A stretch of 64,000 nt of DNA from Ginglymostoma cirratum (lineage: Eukaryota). The stretch covers positions 7,093,573 to 7,157,572 of the forward strand of contig JAHRHZ010000084.1 in NCBI GenBank assembly GCA_024137785.1, given 5' to 3'. Below the pieces are notes generated by a model. The model did not search any database. It saw only the letters and a list, made by a program, of their open reading frames with translations, and was not told the origin of the DNA. Below, piece after piece: positions 50,070-64,000 of the stretch. Numbering within the stretch: the first letter of the stretch is position 1; each line of letters starts with the position of its first letter. The translations under genes were made by a program, and so were the position numbers.

Positions 50070-50174
50070 GTGAAGTTATCAATCTTCCCATGATCGTTGC
50101 ATTTGCAGGGGGGGCATTGGTAATGTTACTATTCATAATACATTTGGTGACACTGAAATTGAAGGCATCAGCTG
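50070..50174 (+). CDS. Copy 2 TM exon using a shifted acceptor
   Basis: Copy 1 acceptor CAG is CAC here; tgtag|gt 24 nt downstream is in frame; EVINLPMIVAFAGGALVMLLFIIHLVTLKLKASA. Confidence 0.7.
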
Positions 50175-50762
50175 GTAAGAGTCTTTCTTATTTCGCTGGG
50201 TGCTTGTTATTTCCTTAGATCCAGCGTAAAAGCATGCGGATGGGTGAATAGTCAAGGATTGTGACTTTAAATTGTGGAGATGAGAATCTAACGTAGGTGT
50301 GAGATGCAAATATTTCACCTCCTTATTCGAACTAAATATTCCGTGTATTCACGTCCATGTTGCTACAATCGAAATTGTTGCTCACTGGGGGCCCAGTTCC
50401 TAAACACGAAACTTTGTTTAGTAGATTTTGACTTTCGGCATTAAAGTGGATGTTTTAGAACTGACGACTAGATATGCATCTCCTCAGATTTTATATCCTT
50501 TGCATTGTTGTGGGGTCAATGGGGTGCCGACTGACATTTTGCACGATCACACGGAGACAAACTCTACATCATTGGGTGCAGCGAAATGTGAACAATAAGC
50601 AGGTGAAACACAATGTACTGCAGCTGGTGCTGCTGAGCACCTTTGAACTGCAGGTGTCCTGACTGTATAAAAAGTAAATGATCCTAGCTACGAAGGCGTG
50701 ATATTAGATTTGCTGATATACTGATTCTGTTATTGACGGTGCATTTCTGTGCTTTCTATTAG

Positions 50763-50806
50763 GCAAGTGGAGAAATTCGACGGAAGCAGGTCAGAATGAC
50801 GAGCCG
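50763..50806 (+). CDS. Copy 2 cytoplasmic exon 1 (GKWRNSTEAGQNDEP)
   Basis: 44 nt, AG/GT intact. Confidence 0.75.
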
Positions 50807-51774
50807 GTAGGGCGACATTTTTCTTTATATTCCTAGCAAAAATTATAGGGGAGGTGGGCTCATTGGATGGAAAACAATGAATACTATATTCAGTCAAAAT
50901 TGCTTAGTTTTCATAGAACATAGAATTCTATAGCACGGGATGCAACTCCCACACTTCTACCGCCTCTATGAGATAATGAGTCAAGTTGTTCCACTCTCAT
51001 ACAATTTATCATTTTATCTCATGTTTCGTTTCAAACCAATTCCCTTTTGAAAGTTCCTATCGAATCTCTTTCTGTCACTCTCTGTTTGTCAGCACTCACT
51101 GCAACAGGCTGTAGAAAAAAATACAAACTCCACAGACTACAAGGGAGTCTTCCAGGAAATCTCTGTTATACTCTCGAAGACCTTGACATCTTCCTAAAGT
51201 AGACAGTACTGTTGTTCACAATATCTCATGTCTTTCTGTGCTGCATGCTTTTGTTAGCAGTGTTCGGAGCAGTGTGTGTGGCAGTGGGGGTGAGGGGAGG
51301 AGATAGATGGGATAATGGGTGTGGAAGTATTTGGGGAGAGTTTTTGACAAGACTATTATTGTTGGTTGCCACTTTGAGGATATAAGTTTCCAGAAGCATA
51401 ACGATAATAGTCTAAGGTTTAGCTGTCAAATCTCCTAATCGGTTGGGTTAACTATGCAGTAAGAAAACTGCCGTGGACACAACGAGATAAAAGATAGCTG
51501 GAGATAAATGAACAAATTTTCAGTATCTATTATTCGTTAGCTAGATATTAAAATGTAAGTAAATACATTAAATGCTATGGGAGTCGTATTTAGAGCATTA
51601 CTCCGCACCACACTGGTGAGACATTAGTTGCAAATCATTGAGAGTTGACAAAATAAAATTGCAACATTGTTTAATTGCCTACTATCTGCACATTTACCGT
51701 GTCAGTCGGGTGCGGTTCCAATCAGTGACGGCTGGCTGCAAAATCAAACTGGCTGCTACGATAGTCACAAGAGT

Positions 51775-52265
51775 CAAAGAGTCATAAATAAGACAGCACA
51801 GAAACAGAACCTTCAGTCCCACCAGTCCACACAGAATATAATCTCAAATTAAACTAGTTCCACTTTCCTGCTCCTGACCCAAAACCCTCCACATGTTTCC
51901 TATTCATGTACTTATCCAAATTTCTTTTCAATATTGTAATTGTACCCATGTCCAACACTTCTTCAGGAAGTTCTCGCGAACCACTGTCTGTTTGAAAAAA
52001 AAATGTTCCTGATGTCTTTTTAAAATCTCTCTCCTCTCACCTTACAAATGTGCCCCGAATCTTGAAATAAACCATACTAGGGAAATGACAACTACCATTA
52101 ACTCTATCTACACGCCTCATTATTTCATCACCTTCTATTAGGTCGCCTCAGAACGTCCTATGCTTCACTGAAAAAAAAGTCCCAGCCTATCCAGCCTTTC
52201 TTTATAACTCAAACATTCCATAATCGGCAACATCCTGGTAAATCGATTCTGAACCCCCTCCAGCT
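51775..52265 (-). mobile_element. CR1 3' fragment (paralog of 14940-15420)
   Basis: Shared sequence cagcctatccagcctttctttataactcaaac. Confidence 0.8.
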
Positions 52266-52294
52266 CATCGATATTTTATATCTTATTTTCCTAG

Positions 52295-52404
52295 CTTAGA
52301 CAAGGACCAACTGAAGAAAATGTCGCCTACGCTATTGTAAACTGGAAAAGCAACAACGTTACCTTCAAGTACAGTCATAAGGGAGAACACACTATCTATT
52401 CCAC
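52295..52404 (+). CDS. Copy 2 cytoplasmic exon 2 (ITIM VAYAIV ... HTIYS)
   Basis: LRQGPTEENVAYAIVNWKSNNVTFKYSHKGEHTIYS; 40 nt longer than in copy 1; AC|gtaag donor (read-through gives T*). Confidence 0.7.
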
Positions 52405-52554
52405 GTAAGAAAGAAATATCGTCAAGTATAAAATATCCATGTCACTCGTATGCAAAGTCAATATTTTGATAATTGAGTCAATTAAAAATAACACACACTA
52501 CAGTGTGTACAGTACAAAGAGAATGGTTTGCTGTAATGTTGACTTCATGAAGCA

Positions 52555-55205
52555 GAACGTACAGTGGTTATCCAGATGCCACGGTTAATAATATGGGGAT
52601 ACGGGTTCAAATCGCATCGGAGCAGCTAATGGAACTTGATTGGAATCGATAAATCTGGAATGTAAAGCTAGTCTCAGCCATGTCGATCATGTGAACTGTC
52701 ATTAATTGCCATCGGAAAAGTTCCCTTCGTCGTTTATACAGGACATTGGTGAGAACACATCTGGAATACTGTGTACATTACTGGTCAGTCTTTTGATGGA
52801 AGGATATTGATACATTGAAAACAATTCAGTGAACGTTTACTAGACTAATACCTGAAATGAGTAGATACCATCATGTGACCTAATGATGATAAGACATTGG
52901 TTCATTAATGAACTTCAGGGAAGGAAATCTGCCATCCTTACCTGGTCTGCCCTACATGTGAGTCCAGAGCCACAGCAATGTGGTTGACACTCAACTGCCA
53001 TCTGGTCAATTAGGGATGGGCAATAAATGTTGGCCTAGCCAGTGATGCCCACATATTGTAAATGAATTAACAAAAAAGACACAACCCATTTAGACCATCG
53101 AGTCTGCTCCACCATCCAATAAGATCAAGGTTTATCTGACAAATGTCTTCTCAACTTTCCCGCCTCTTCCCTTTCATACTTCATTCCTTTACTAACTAAA
53201 AATCTATTTTAGGCTTGAAAATTCTCAATTAGCTAACCGAGCCAACCTTCTTTCAACAGATTCCTACTCTGTCAGAAAAGAAATTCCTCCTCATCTCTGT
53301 TTTAAATATGCAGCCACTTATTCTGAGATTATGCTTTCTGGTCCTAGACTGTCTCACATGGGAAACGAAATCTATACATCTTTCTTGTCAAGTTCCCGAA
53401 GAATCTTGTATGTTTCAATCAGGTCACATTTCATTCTTTTAAACTTCAATGAGTACAGGTCCAGCCTGCTCAACCTCTCCTCAAAAGAGACTCCCCTCAT
53501 TCCTGGTGTCAGCCCAGTGAACCTTGTCTGGTCTGCTTCCAGTGCCAGTATATTTTTTTTTTATTCCGAGATAAGGGGAAAACAACTGTTCGCAGCATTC
53601 CTGCCTGGTATATTTTTGGCAAATATCCCTACTTCTTTATTCCATTCCCTTTGAAAATAAGGCCTACATGCCTTCTGTAAAAACTGCTGAAACTGGGGGT
53701 TGGCTTTTTGTTATTTATGTATGAGGAATCTCAAATCCCTCTGCTCCTTGGTTTCTACTGTCCTGCATTTAAATAATATTCAGCTCCACTATTCTTTCTG
53801 CCACACTGCATAACCTCATACTTCCCACATTACACCCCATCTGTCAATCTCTGTCACTTTGCCTATGTCCCTCTATAAGTCTTTTTGTGTCATCTTCACA
53901 ACTCGCCATCCCACTTACTTTAATGTTATCCACAAAATTGGCCATAGTACATGCATTTTGTGCATGCAAGCCTTTAATATATATATTTGGAAAATGTGTG
54001 GCCTACCACTAATCCCTGTGGCACTTAACGAGTTCTAGATTTCCTTTTTGAAAACGCTGTGTCCTATCCCAGCTCTCAATCTTCTATTGATGAGCCAATG
54101 CACTATCAATGTTAATGTATTACACCAGTGACCATGCGCTTTTACTTTATTAAGTAACCTAATATGTGGTATCTGAACAAATGCTTTATGAAAATCCCAA
54201 TATATTACCTCCACTACTTCTCCTTTATCTGCCCTCCTTTTAACCTTCTTAAAGAATTCTAGTAACGTTGTCAGGCATGATTACTCCTACATGAATCCAT
54301 TCTGAATCTGCTTAATATTATGAACTTCCAAATACTCTACATCATTTATAACAGACTGATGCATTTCCCCAATAATGAATGTTCTGCTAACTGGCCTATT
54401 ATTGTCTTCTTCCCTTTGAAAGAACGATGTTGGTCTGGCAAATGTTTAACCCTTTAGAGGTTTTGTTTTTCAGAATCTAAGGATTTCTGGAAGACTACTA
54501 CTGATGCATCAAATACTATGGCAACTCCTTTGATATCCTATGATGCATCCCATCAGGCCCAACCGGCTTATTAGTCTTATGACCCATTCGTTTCCCTAAT
54601 CCCTTTTCTCCGGTGATAGTTATTGTACTTATTTCGACTCCTTCCTTTGCCCTTGAAAATGTGTTAATTTGGAATTTTCGCGCTGTTTTCCACAGTGAAA
54701 AGTATTCATTCAACTCCTTTACCATTTCGTGGTTCCCCGTTATTCTTCTTCCCCACCTTATTTTTGGGTTCTGTCTACATTTTTTAAAGATTGTAGACTA
54801 TAGGATAGGTATCCTCTGGCGTTTAGAAGAGTCAGAAATGACTTAATCGAAACATGTAAGATTCTGACAGACTTCACCAGGTGGATGTTGATTTTTTTTC
54901 CTTTTTTGGGAGAATCTAAAACTACTGATCATAGTTTAGAAATAAGAGATCACCTATTTAAAACAGGTGGGAATTTTGCGCTTCTCTTGTAGGGTTATGA
55001 ATCTTTGGAATTCCCTTCATCAAACGGTAGTAGATACAGAAAGTTTAAATATTTTAAAGCAAGTATAGATAGATTCTTGATTATCGAGCAAGCGAAAGAT
55101 TATTGAGGTGGCGGGGGATTACGCGGGTGTTGGTGGTCGGATAGCAGGAATGCAGCGTTGAGGATTTAGTCATTAAATGATGGCGCAGGCTTGAAGGGCC
55201 GATTG
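52555..55205. mobile_element. SINE + CR1 cluster paralogous to 15655-18330
   Basis: Same order and orientation of fragments. Confidence 0.8.
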
Positions 55206-57499
55206 GCTTGCTCAGTCACTCAATCCAAGGCAATCAGCGATGGGCAACAAAACTGACATTGTCACTACCATCCTTAAGCCATGAAAAAAAGAGACAAAAT
55301 CATTCCATCGTTCGGAAATCAAAGTCTTTTCTGACGATTTGGTCGCAAACCAGGGTAGATATCAAACAGGCAGTGGGCTCTTACCATCAGTTTTAAGCTG
55401 GAATACAAACAAAATCATTTGTGTTTTCTTTCATAAATTAGCAGTAATAATGATGGTCCTGAGCAACAACAAAATAAACATACCTGCTAAGAGTGACAAA
55501 TATCCACTTTACAGACAAACTGCGAAATCGAGAGCAATCTGCCTTACACCTACCCTGTCGAATCCAACAGCAGAAAAAATTAGAAATCCAGACAGGCAAA
55601 GGAGAATTAGTAAGAACTGCCGATGCTGGAGTCAGAGATAACACAGGACCGAGCGCACGGTGCTCCTCCAGCTCCAGGCAAAAGAGAGTACTGTCTATGA
55701 CACTTAATGTAATACCTTCAATGACATTTGGTACTACGCTACACGCTAGGGAATTGAAAGGTCCCAGGGTTAATCTCTAACTGTATTGGATCCGACCATC
55801 TCAACCAAGACTCACCGTATTCGCCTTGGGTCCCAGGGATCGGAAGATCAGCAGCTACAGGGTAAAGGCAGTTGAAATGTGTGACTTGAGGCCTCTCCAT
55901 GGAATAAGCAGATCAAATAGGCTGTCACGGCTCAGAGACTGGGGCTTGACAGGGATATTTTGCAATATCAACTTTCCAAACACATTTCATACACCGGCAT
56001 TTGATTCATTTGCTATTTTAATAGAAGTAATAACCCGTTTCCTTAAATCGACAATGTTGACATTCCAACTCATTTTGCGAGAAGCTCAAATTAGAATAAC
56101 AAAAGTTTTTACGGCAAGGCTGCAGAGTGGGGAGAAATCAAAGATGGAAAACAAAGCAAACTCGGTTAAAATCTGACGTAGATAACTGCTGAACGGAAAT
56201 TCCACTAAACTTTTTAAATAAAACATTGACTGCCTCTGGGAAGGGGTCGACGACGTACTAGCGGGAGATCCTAAATTTTACTTTCACAAATCAAGCAAGG
56301 GTAACAATTTGACTTATGTCGTTCTGTTAATTGTTGACTCCAAGCATCAAAACCTAAACAGCAAGACATTTCCGCATTATACGCAGAAATAAAGGTGAAA
56401 AAGAAAGTGAAAAGCTGAGACTCTAAATATATTGGGAAGATTGTATATATTAATTGATGTAGTTCCAGAGTATTTGGTTATGCGTCGTAAAACGTGCTAC
56501 AATAACAATTAACATTCATTGCAGTCAGGCTAAGAACCAACTATCTAGAATATCTGTGTGCATTGGGAAATGTTAGATGGAAGAATCGTTGGGAGGTTGA
56601 TTACAAAACCAATCCAATATCGGGAGCATGCCACGCCCAGGGCAAAACTTCCGAAACCATTTTTAACTTGTCACAAGTGGAAAACTAACTTCAGACCAAA
56701 TGTTCTGTTTTTCAAACATGCACTTGTTTGAGCGTTTAGATATTAACATTCAGTTTATAGGTAATTTGTTGAGCTTCACACACATCATCTAAATTCCGCT
56801 GGAGGACTGGTTTCTATTTGCGCCTAACGCAATAATTCACTAAACATGATCTCTGATATGATCTTCTAGGACACGGGATAAGTAAGCAGTGGCCACTGCA
56901 CCCAAAACTCTACCACTTGCACCGAAACCGTTTTTTTACGTTATCCGTGTTTAATGCCTGCTGTTTTCAATAAAGAAACAACCAAACCTCACATGCACAG
57001 GAATACTACTAAGATCTACGCTTAAGGAGAAATCATTTATAAAATGTACCGGAAGCCCATCCACTGTACCACTGTAAACAAAATATAAGATCATATTGGA
57101 TTCAAAACCAAAATGGAAACTGAAACTGTTCCCCAGGAGGGAGAGTGAGTTGGAGAAAACAGGCCAGAAAGAATCTATTAAAACGCAGGAACAATGTAGT
57201 TTTTGCCGCTTAAGGAAAAGCCTAGTTAGAGCCCAATCCCAGAGATCCAATAGTATCAACATGAACTTTGGCTCATGCCCATCTGACTGTCGTCCAGATT
57301 TGTGCAGTTTTCATTGTGATTTTGTAACACTTGCCAGTCCAAGAAGGTACAGGCACAGGCTTCTGCTTAGAGGCGCAATTGCAGAACGAAGTATAATGCA
57401 AAGATGCAACCATGGTTCCAGCATTGTCAATCAATTTATTTCGAGCCGCATGATCGTTTATGAACCGAAAAAGGTCTACAGATTTCAGGAACAAGTCAC

Positions 57500-57511
57500 G
57501 TGTGTGTGTGT

Positions 57512-57545
<34 letters not shown>

Positions 57546-57571
57546 GAGAGAGAGACAGAGAGAGAGAGAGA
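57500..57571 (+). repeat. Compound microsatellite (TG)n(AG)n(ACAG)n
   Basis: Directly visible. Confidence 0.95.
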
Positions 57572-57619
57572 AATGTACACATTGTGAGGATGCCCAGAGT
57601 GAAAGACACAAACCAGAAG

Positions 57620-58270
57620 ACTCTAAAACTCTGGAGCAGGAGTAGGCCATTCAGCGCATTAAGTTTGAGTCACCTTCAATGACGTTATCCTTTATCAAAT
57701 GCTTCCCTTCTCCGATTTTTTTTTTTGCCTTTTTGACGTAACCCTTGATTCAATTTACTATTTAAAGACATATCTATCTCAGACTTGAATATTATTAAAG
57801 AACCTGCTTCTACAGCTGTCAGTGGGAAGGAATTCCACAGATTTACTACCCTCTGAGCAAAGAAATTCTTTCGCATCTTTGTCCTAAACGTGCAAACCCA
57901 GTTCTGAGATTGTGGCCTCTGTCTCCCCACAAAATGAAACAACTTTTCAGCATCTAACCTGCCAAGTCCCTTAAGAATCTTCAATCATTCAATAAGATTG
58001 CCTCGCATTTTAAATTTCTAAAATTGAAGGCTCAACATACTTAACCTGTATTCATGAGACAGTGCCCCCTTGAGAATTAACCTCGTGAACCTTCTCTGGG
58101 CTGCCTCCAATGTTAATGCATCTTTCCTTAGATAATGCGAATAAAAATGTTCACAGCTTTCCAGCTATGGCCTGATCAGTGCTTTGTATAGATTTAGCTA
58201 GACTTCCCTGCTTTAATGCTCCATTCCCTTTGAAATAAAGGACAACATTGTATTTGCTTTCCATGTTAAT
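57620..58270 (-). mobile_element. CR1 3' fragment
   Basis: MKILKGLGRLDAEKLF...FFAQRVVNLWNSFP. Confidence 0.85.
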
Positions 58271-58279
58271 GGAAATTAT

Positions 58280-61200
58280 TAAATATTTTTCCGAGCACAT
58301 TCCAAAGGAATGCTGCTATTGTGGTAAAACATAGAATAAGGCAATTCACTCATTGATTTTCTGCAGCGCATTTTGTAGCCACTTGAGCTACCAAAGTGCT
58401 TTATAGCTAACTTGACATGGGTGGCATGTCTGCATTTGTCACATTGTCACTGTCGTGTTGGGAACAAGGCATTTACATAGTACATAAAAAAAGCCCCACA
58501 AATGGAAACATTATAATGAGCAGATAACATACTTCTTTGAAGTTGGTAGAGGAAGGAATATTATCTAGGAAACAACAAGATGACTGATTGTGTTAAACAT
58601 GTTTTATGCACGTCCTTTTGAATTTCACATGAGCACGTCTGTGTAGTACGTCATCTATAAGTACACCACCACCTGACTACTAAGCAACACACAAGGAACA
58701 TGACACGGTATTGTGTTATTAGGTTCTTGCTTCTCATCTACGTTTACAGTTCTTTTCTGCAAAGGGAAACAGACAACCAATCGCTATTAATGTACCTAAG
58801 CATTCTGGTGGTTGCCAAAGTGCTGGGGCTACTTTTTCAAGGGTTTTGATTTTAGGTCGCTGGGGTATCAAGATTCAAATGCTCAATGTTCTGAATTCCA
58901 CTAAAATCCTAGATCTGGATGTGTATTGGGAAATGGGTACAAAAAATCCATGGAGAGAAACATTTGTAACTTAATGCTATAGCTTTGCGTCCATCCCTTC
59001 ATGATAATGTGTTTCATGTGAATTGGGAAATAGTAAATTCGAATCAGTTTCAAATATTTCAGATATATCACCTTGGTGAAATAAATATATTTTATTCTTA
59101 CATAGCTCTTCATTAACTCGTTTTTGAAATATCTCTGTTTGTGCCAAAGGCAAACTGGAAACAGATTTGTTCATTGTAAAATCTTATTATCAGCAATAGG
59201 TAAAAGAAACGACTTGCATACACGTGCAACGCCCTCCAAAATAATTTTGAAGTTTTGACAGCTGTGTAATGTAAAGAAATATGAAAGAGAAGTAGCAACC
59301 TGATAAATGACACGCACAACAATTAGACAACCTGGAAATACCATTTCTAAGCTATGTTGGTCAGAACACCAAGATAGCAGTTTGCAGCATGTGAATAATA
59401 CCTATTCTATGAAAGTCTGAAAAACATAATTCAAGAAAAGACGTTTCTGAACATGAGAACATTTTTTAAAACACGTGGGACATGGGACTGATCAGCATTT
59501 ATTGCTCGCACCTAGCTGCCATTGAGAAGATGGTGGTGAGCTGCCTTCTTGAACTGCTGCAGTCCACGTGCTGCAGGGTGACCGACAGTGCCCTTGGGAA
59601 GAGAATTCCAGGATTTTGATCGAACAACAGTGAATACAGATACAGATAATCACCAGTTTTTTTTTTTTAGTAGCAGTATTTGGATAAGGAATAACCATAG
59701 CTTCAATTACTGAGAAAATCTTCCTCCTATTGCTCCAAATGTTTTGTGAGACATTTTTACCATGACTTTCTTATTGAATTAATACACTGTACAAAAACAA
59801 ACGTTGTTTTTCATTACTTAACATTTAATCTTGACATCTTCAATATAGGAATTACTGTTAATCTCTAGAAAACAACAAATTAAAATATTTTATTCTGGAA
59901 TAGATAATTCTAGGCAATGCAGCTAATGTGAATATGCTAATATTTGTAAGCATGATTCCATGCTACTGGTATCTAGCATTTCAATTCTCCACTTGACCAT
60001 CACACTAATCTCTCAGTGCTCGGCATGACGCTGTGCTCCAGTAAAGTTCATTGGTAGCTGTAGGAACAGCACTTTCTGTTGTTAGGGACTTTACAGCCTT
60101 CTGGACTTAACAAGGAGTCTAACTATTCTTAAAACAGCCTTGCATTTTGTGACTGTTTTTCCAGGAGTGTACCTGCTTTTTGGTGATATTCTGCTTCATT
60201 GCTTTTTATCACCAATCTCCACACGCTTTGGCTCTGTACCAGTAAGTCTCCAGTCTTTCCATCTCTTCTGTGTTTCCTCCATCATATAGCTCCTTTTTTC
60301 ACTAATTTCCATTCTTGTCTCAAAGTATTACGCTTTTGAACATTACAAAGTTGTAATCAAAGTGCATAGTCCTTGCAAACTCACTCGGATTTTTTTTTCC
60401 CACCTGTGCTGCCTGGCCTGCTGAGCAATTGGGAAATGCCAATTGATCACATATCAAGTGCCAGGTGTAAGATTTCAGGTTTGTTATGATTTCATTTAGC
60501 GGAAGGAAAACTGAGAGTTAAACAGAGAAGCCTTGTTCCTGTGCGAACAGCATAATCAAATCTCCAATCATTAACTCGACTGTATGACTCAAAACCATTT
60601 CCAATAGATATTGAAAGATCATGAATAGATTTCAAACATTTAATATTTAACATTATGCCCCCGTGCTTGCGATTTTAATTCCATCAAGGCAAATATACCT
60701 TTGTCTGAGATCACTAAAAATTACCTCGTGGAAATCGTCGCTCAGTTTTATTGTTCGTCTTGGAAATTATTGCGGCAGTTGGGGGAAGCACCACAATTTT
60801 GATGCCCGTTTGCGCCTATGTGTGGAGATTCATCTTTGCTCCTGATAGCCGTCCTTAACTCCTTCAGAAGTTCTTTATTGCAATTCGGCACAGAGATAAG
60901 TGTCATACTTAGACGTGAAGAAACTCATCGATTATTGAGATTTCACGAGTGGACCAAACATTCTTCAACAATTGAATTGCCAACTGAAACTTGCTGCTTC
61001 AGATCAAGCCAAAACCAACCGGAATTCCATCTCTCTGATACAATATTAAAGATCTCACAGCTGTGGTTACTGTGTTTAAGGTACGATTTATTAGTATACC
61101 ATTCAGAACTCTGTCCCGAATTTGGTAAAATGTTGGATCACCTTGTGTTTTCGACCAGCACTTGCCACCTCAGAGGTTCTGGTGGTGCAGAGATAGTGTC

Positions 61201-64000
61201 CCTATTTCTGAATCAGCAGACCACAGCCCAAATCCTAATGACGCTAGTGCTGTATCATGACAACTCTAAACAGGTTGACTAGAAATTAACAAGACCCCGG
61301 CACCTTTCCTACTCCACATCAAAATGAACAACCGGGATTACCTCAAAGATAATTAAGGATGGACAATAATCCTGCCTTGCCCTTAATGCTCATAAACTGT
61401 TTTTAAAAGGCAAGCAGAGGGAACGACTCACAGTTTAGTAATTGGCAAGAGATGAGAAATTTAATTGAAAGTAAAGTATGAGGAGTGTTTCCAATACTTT
61501 GAAGATAGGAGGACAATAGTACATAAAATATCAGGCAGATAAGTTCAACTAAACATGAACTAGCCTCAGCCTGGACACTTGTGCGCAACCCTAAGGGAGG
61601 TCAAGGCCTTAGAAAGGATGTTGCAAGATATTTATTGGAATGATATTTGAGGTTAGGAACTTCAGTGATTTTAAGAAAGTGGTGCTATTCTCTTTGATCA
61701 AAATAGTTAGCTGCGGTCAAGAGTACAGAAAAGTTTTCATGGTATAAATGGCCATAAAAAAATTTAAAGCATAAACTACTTAGGATAAACGACATCCTGT
61801 CAGAAGAGCCTGTAAATAGGCAAATTAGCAAAACACCCAGGTGCTTTTGAATTTCACAGTGGCAACGAGTTCTAGCCTAGTCCTTTCTGCTGAGAGCAAA
61901 ATTTTCGTGCGCTCCGCTGATGATAGTTTGTATCGCGATTCCTGAATAAGTTTCATCTGCTAATTTAGGTCAAAACATTCCACTCAGCAAGCTACCAACA
62001 AGCTAAACATTGACAAAATCTGGTCTTACTTTCACAAAATTCTCTATTTCTTTCCAGTCGGTTAAATGGGCGTTGACCAAGCTTGTTTCTCCTCGCGATT
62101 CCATTCCGGGTATCAACAAACACAATATCGTAACTATTTCTTGTGTATAGTGTGGACTAATAGCCCCAACAGGAAACTATTTAGAAATAAGTCTTTTCTC
62201 TTTATTTCCGGCTAAAATAAAGCTCAAACATTAGCTCTGAAATAATGAAATGGAGATGAATATAATTTTCAATCCAGTGGTTCCTGCTGGAAACTGGTGT
62301 GTTCGAAGGTCGTTAAAGATTAAGGTGGCATAAAACTCAGAGTTCTCAGGGTGAAGAGGAATCGCTTAAATAATGGAGCTGAGTACTGCGGCCTGAAGAG
62401 ATATTTTCAGCATTAAGATAACGCTAAAAAATAAGTGTTGACAAAAAAGCTATTTTTGAATGCAATGTCCCTCTGGTGACGGAAAATAAAACAAAACCGT
62501 TAATCTTCAGACGGAAACGTTTCAGCAAAGAGTTAGAAGGGGATCTTCGACCTCACAGGCTCCCACAGAGAAGTACAAGCACATCCAATTGGCCTTATTA
62601 GTCATGTGATTTCTTACGTCATGGTCTCACGTTTAATATGTTTATTTCTGAAACCTATTTGTTATCCTCATCCCCCAAGCACTCAGAATACTGCCCTCCT
62701 TTGCAGCAAAGAGTTCACTCTTTTATTTCATTTGCAATATGTCGCTGAGTGTAGCGGTTCTGATCGTAGCGTTTCTGTGTATGGCCTGGCCAGGTACTCT
62801 TTAAAGTTACGAGCTGCACTTTTAGAATACCTTAGATTGTACTTCATATTTACAACTACGATGCATTGCAAAGTTAAATTCCCTGCTTCTCCAAGCCTAT
62901 TCGTGTGCTTGTTCTTAATTGTTCTTGTATTTTACGCCTCTGTTGTTTTCTTTTTTCCTTCTCTTTCTGCAATTGGTACCACGGATTTTACTTGTTTTCT
63001 TTTGTTTAGTAGCCACTAAAGTGACTTCGAGCAAAGTAAATCAGTTCCCCAAACTCTTGAAGGCGGCCAGAGGTAGCAATGTTTCCATGTTTTGCACATT
63101 TCCCGTAATTCAAGATGTTTCCGAAGTATTTTAGTGGAGACTCAATGAGGAATCGTTTCTGGAAGCGGACAAGAGAAAGCGATTCCATGTCCAGAAATGA
63201 ATAGGCTCATTTCATATTCTCGATGTCACTGCTGCAGACTCCGGATTGTATTATTGTAAAATAAAGCATCAGCAAACCATCATCGGAACTGAAAACGTCT
63301 CGTTGCTGACAGTGTGCGGTAAGTGACACTGCACTAGGGACAGACCACTCTTCAGATGTATTGGTTGACTTATGTGATCTGAACTTTTATAACTAACATA
63401 TTAGCTTCACACTGTCGTGGGATCACTCCCCCATTGACCTCACTGTACATCGACCGTTGATTCACTTTCGCTCATTTTGCGTTATTTCCTAAGATCGATT
63501 CCACTGCTTATTATGATCACGGCATTGTACTGCGTTGTTAATGCAATGAGTATATTTTTTTGTGCAGGAAACGTTGATATTACGCCAGGATAGTGAAGCA
63601 GGGTAACTGTTTACATCTTGGGATGAATTAAGTTAATGGAATAAGATAAAGAACTGCGGGTGCTGGAATCTGAAACGAAAATGGAAATTGGTGGACAAAC
63701 TCAGCGCGTCTGGTGGTACTTGTGTGTGTTAACGTTTACAGGTCAGCGATCCTTCTTCAGGATGGTTCTGATCAAAGGTCATTTGGCTGGCAACTTTAAC
63801 TCACTTTTCGCTTTTCAAAATAAGGGGCAACAGATTTAGGACTGAGTTGAGGAGGAACTTCTTCACGCAAAGGGTTGTGAATCTGTGGAATTCCCTGCCC
63901 ACTGAAGCAGCTGAGGTTACCCCAGTGAGAGTTATATAGGCAACAATAGATAGATTTTTGAACATCAAAGAAATTAAGGGCTTTTGTGAGCGGGTCGGCA
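58280..64000 (+). repeat. Segmental duplication unit 3 (more diverged; runs off the window end)
   Basis: Colinear with ~2560-9760 and ~37970-46350. Confidence 0.85.
62739..63318 (+). pseudogene. IgSF receptor copy 3: leader (62739-62793, MSLSVAVLIVAFLCMAWP) and V exon (63013-63318) with two nonsense codons
   Basis: TAG at 63132-63134 replaces the first Trp of FWW; TGA at 63198-63200; GSG changed to ENV; splice sites intact. Confidence 0.9.

Larger units (their letters stand above)
45022..56418 (+). pseudogene. IgSF receptor gene copy 2, probable pseudogene (or truncated/exon-skipped product)
   Basis: Exons 45022-45076, 45288-45593, 48551-48847, 50070-50174, 50763-50806, 52295-52404 and decayed ~56291-56418; TGA at 48796-48798 in C1; last-exon acceptor AG>AA. 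Confidence 0.8.
34598..56505 (+). repeat. Segmental duplication unit 2 (carries gene copy 2)
   Basis: Colinear with unit 1 except for one inversion and several indels. Confidence 0.9.

Noticed and set aside
57096-57650. 163-aa and 125-aa ORFs
   Set aside because: They overlap a microsatellite and have no motif or splice support

Overview
Repeat-rich vertebrate genomic DNA, very probably from an elasmobranch (shark), inferred from HE1-type V-SINEs, CR1 LINEs and Penelope-type terminal repeats. There is one 400-N assembly gap (27088-27487). The window holds a tandem cluster, all on the + strand, of intron-containing, non-rearranging immunoglobulin-superfamily receptor genes. Their layout is leader / V domain with a germline-joined J-like G strand / C1 domain / uncharged TM / tyrosine-motif cytoplasmic exons. 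Copy 1 (8566-19565) is open and predicts about 307 aa with one ITIM. Copy 2 (45022-56418) has a nonsense codon in C1. Copy 3 (62739 to beyond the window) has two stops in V. A far more diverged fourth paralog survives as V and C1 halves joined across a SINE (about 25699-26267), and there may be a further relict C1 exon near 30843. Combining copies 1 and 2 reconstructs an ancestral SIRP-alpha-like four-tyrosine tail (ITIM-ITSM-ITIM-ITIM-like) that each copy has eroded differently. Other features: a 1.3-kb block flanked by inverted repeats that is flipped between duplicates, minimal hammerhead-ribozyme motifs in Penelope-type repeats, and many degenerate LINE/SINE fragments. Exon calls were made by hand from splice consensus, intron phase and paralog comparison. 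Repeat boundaries are approximate and no database search was run.
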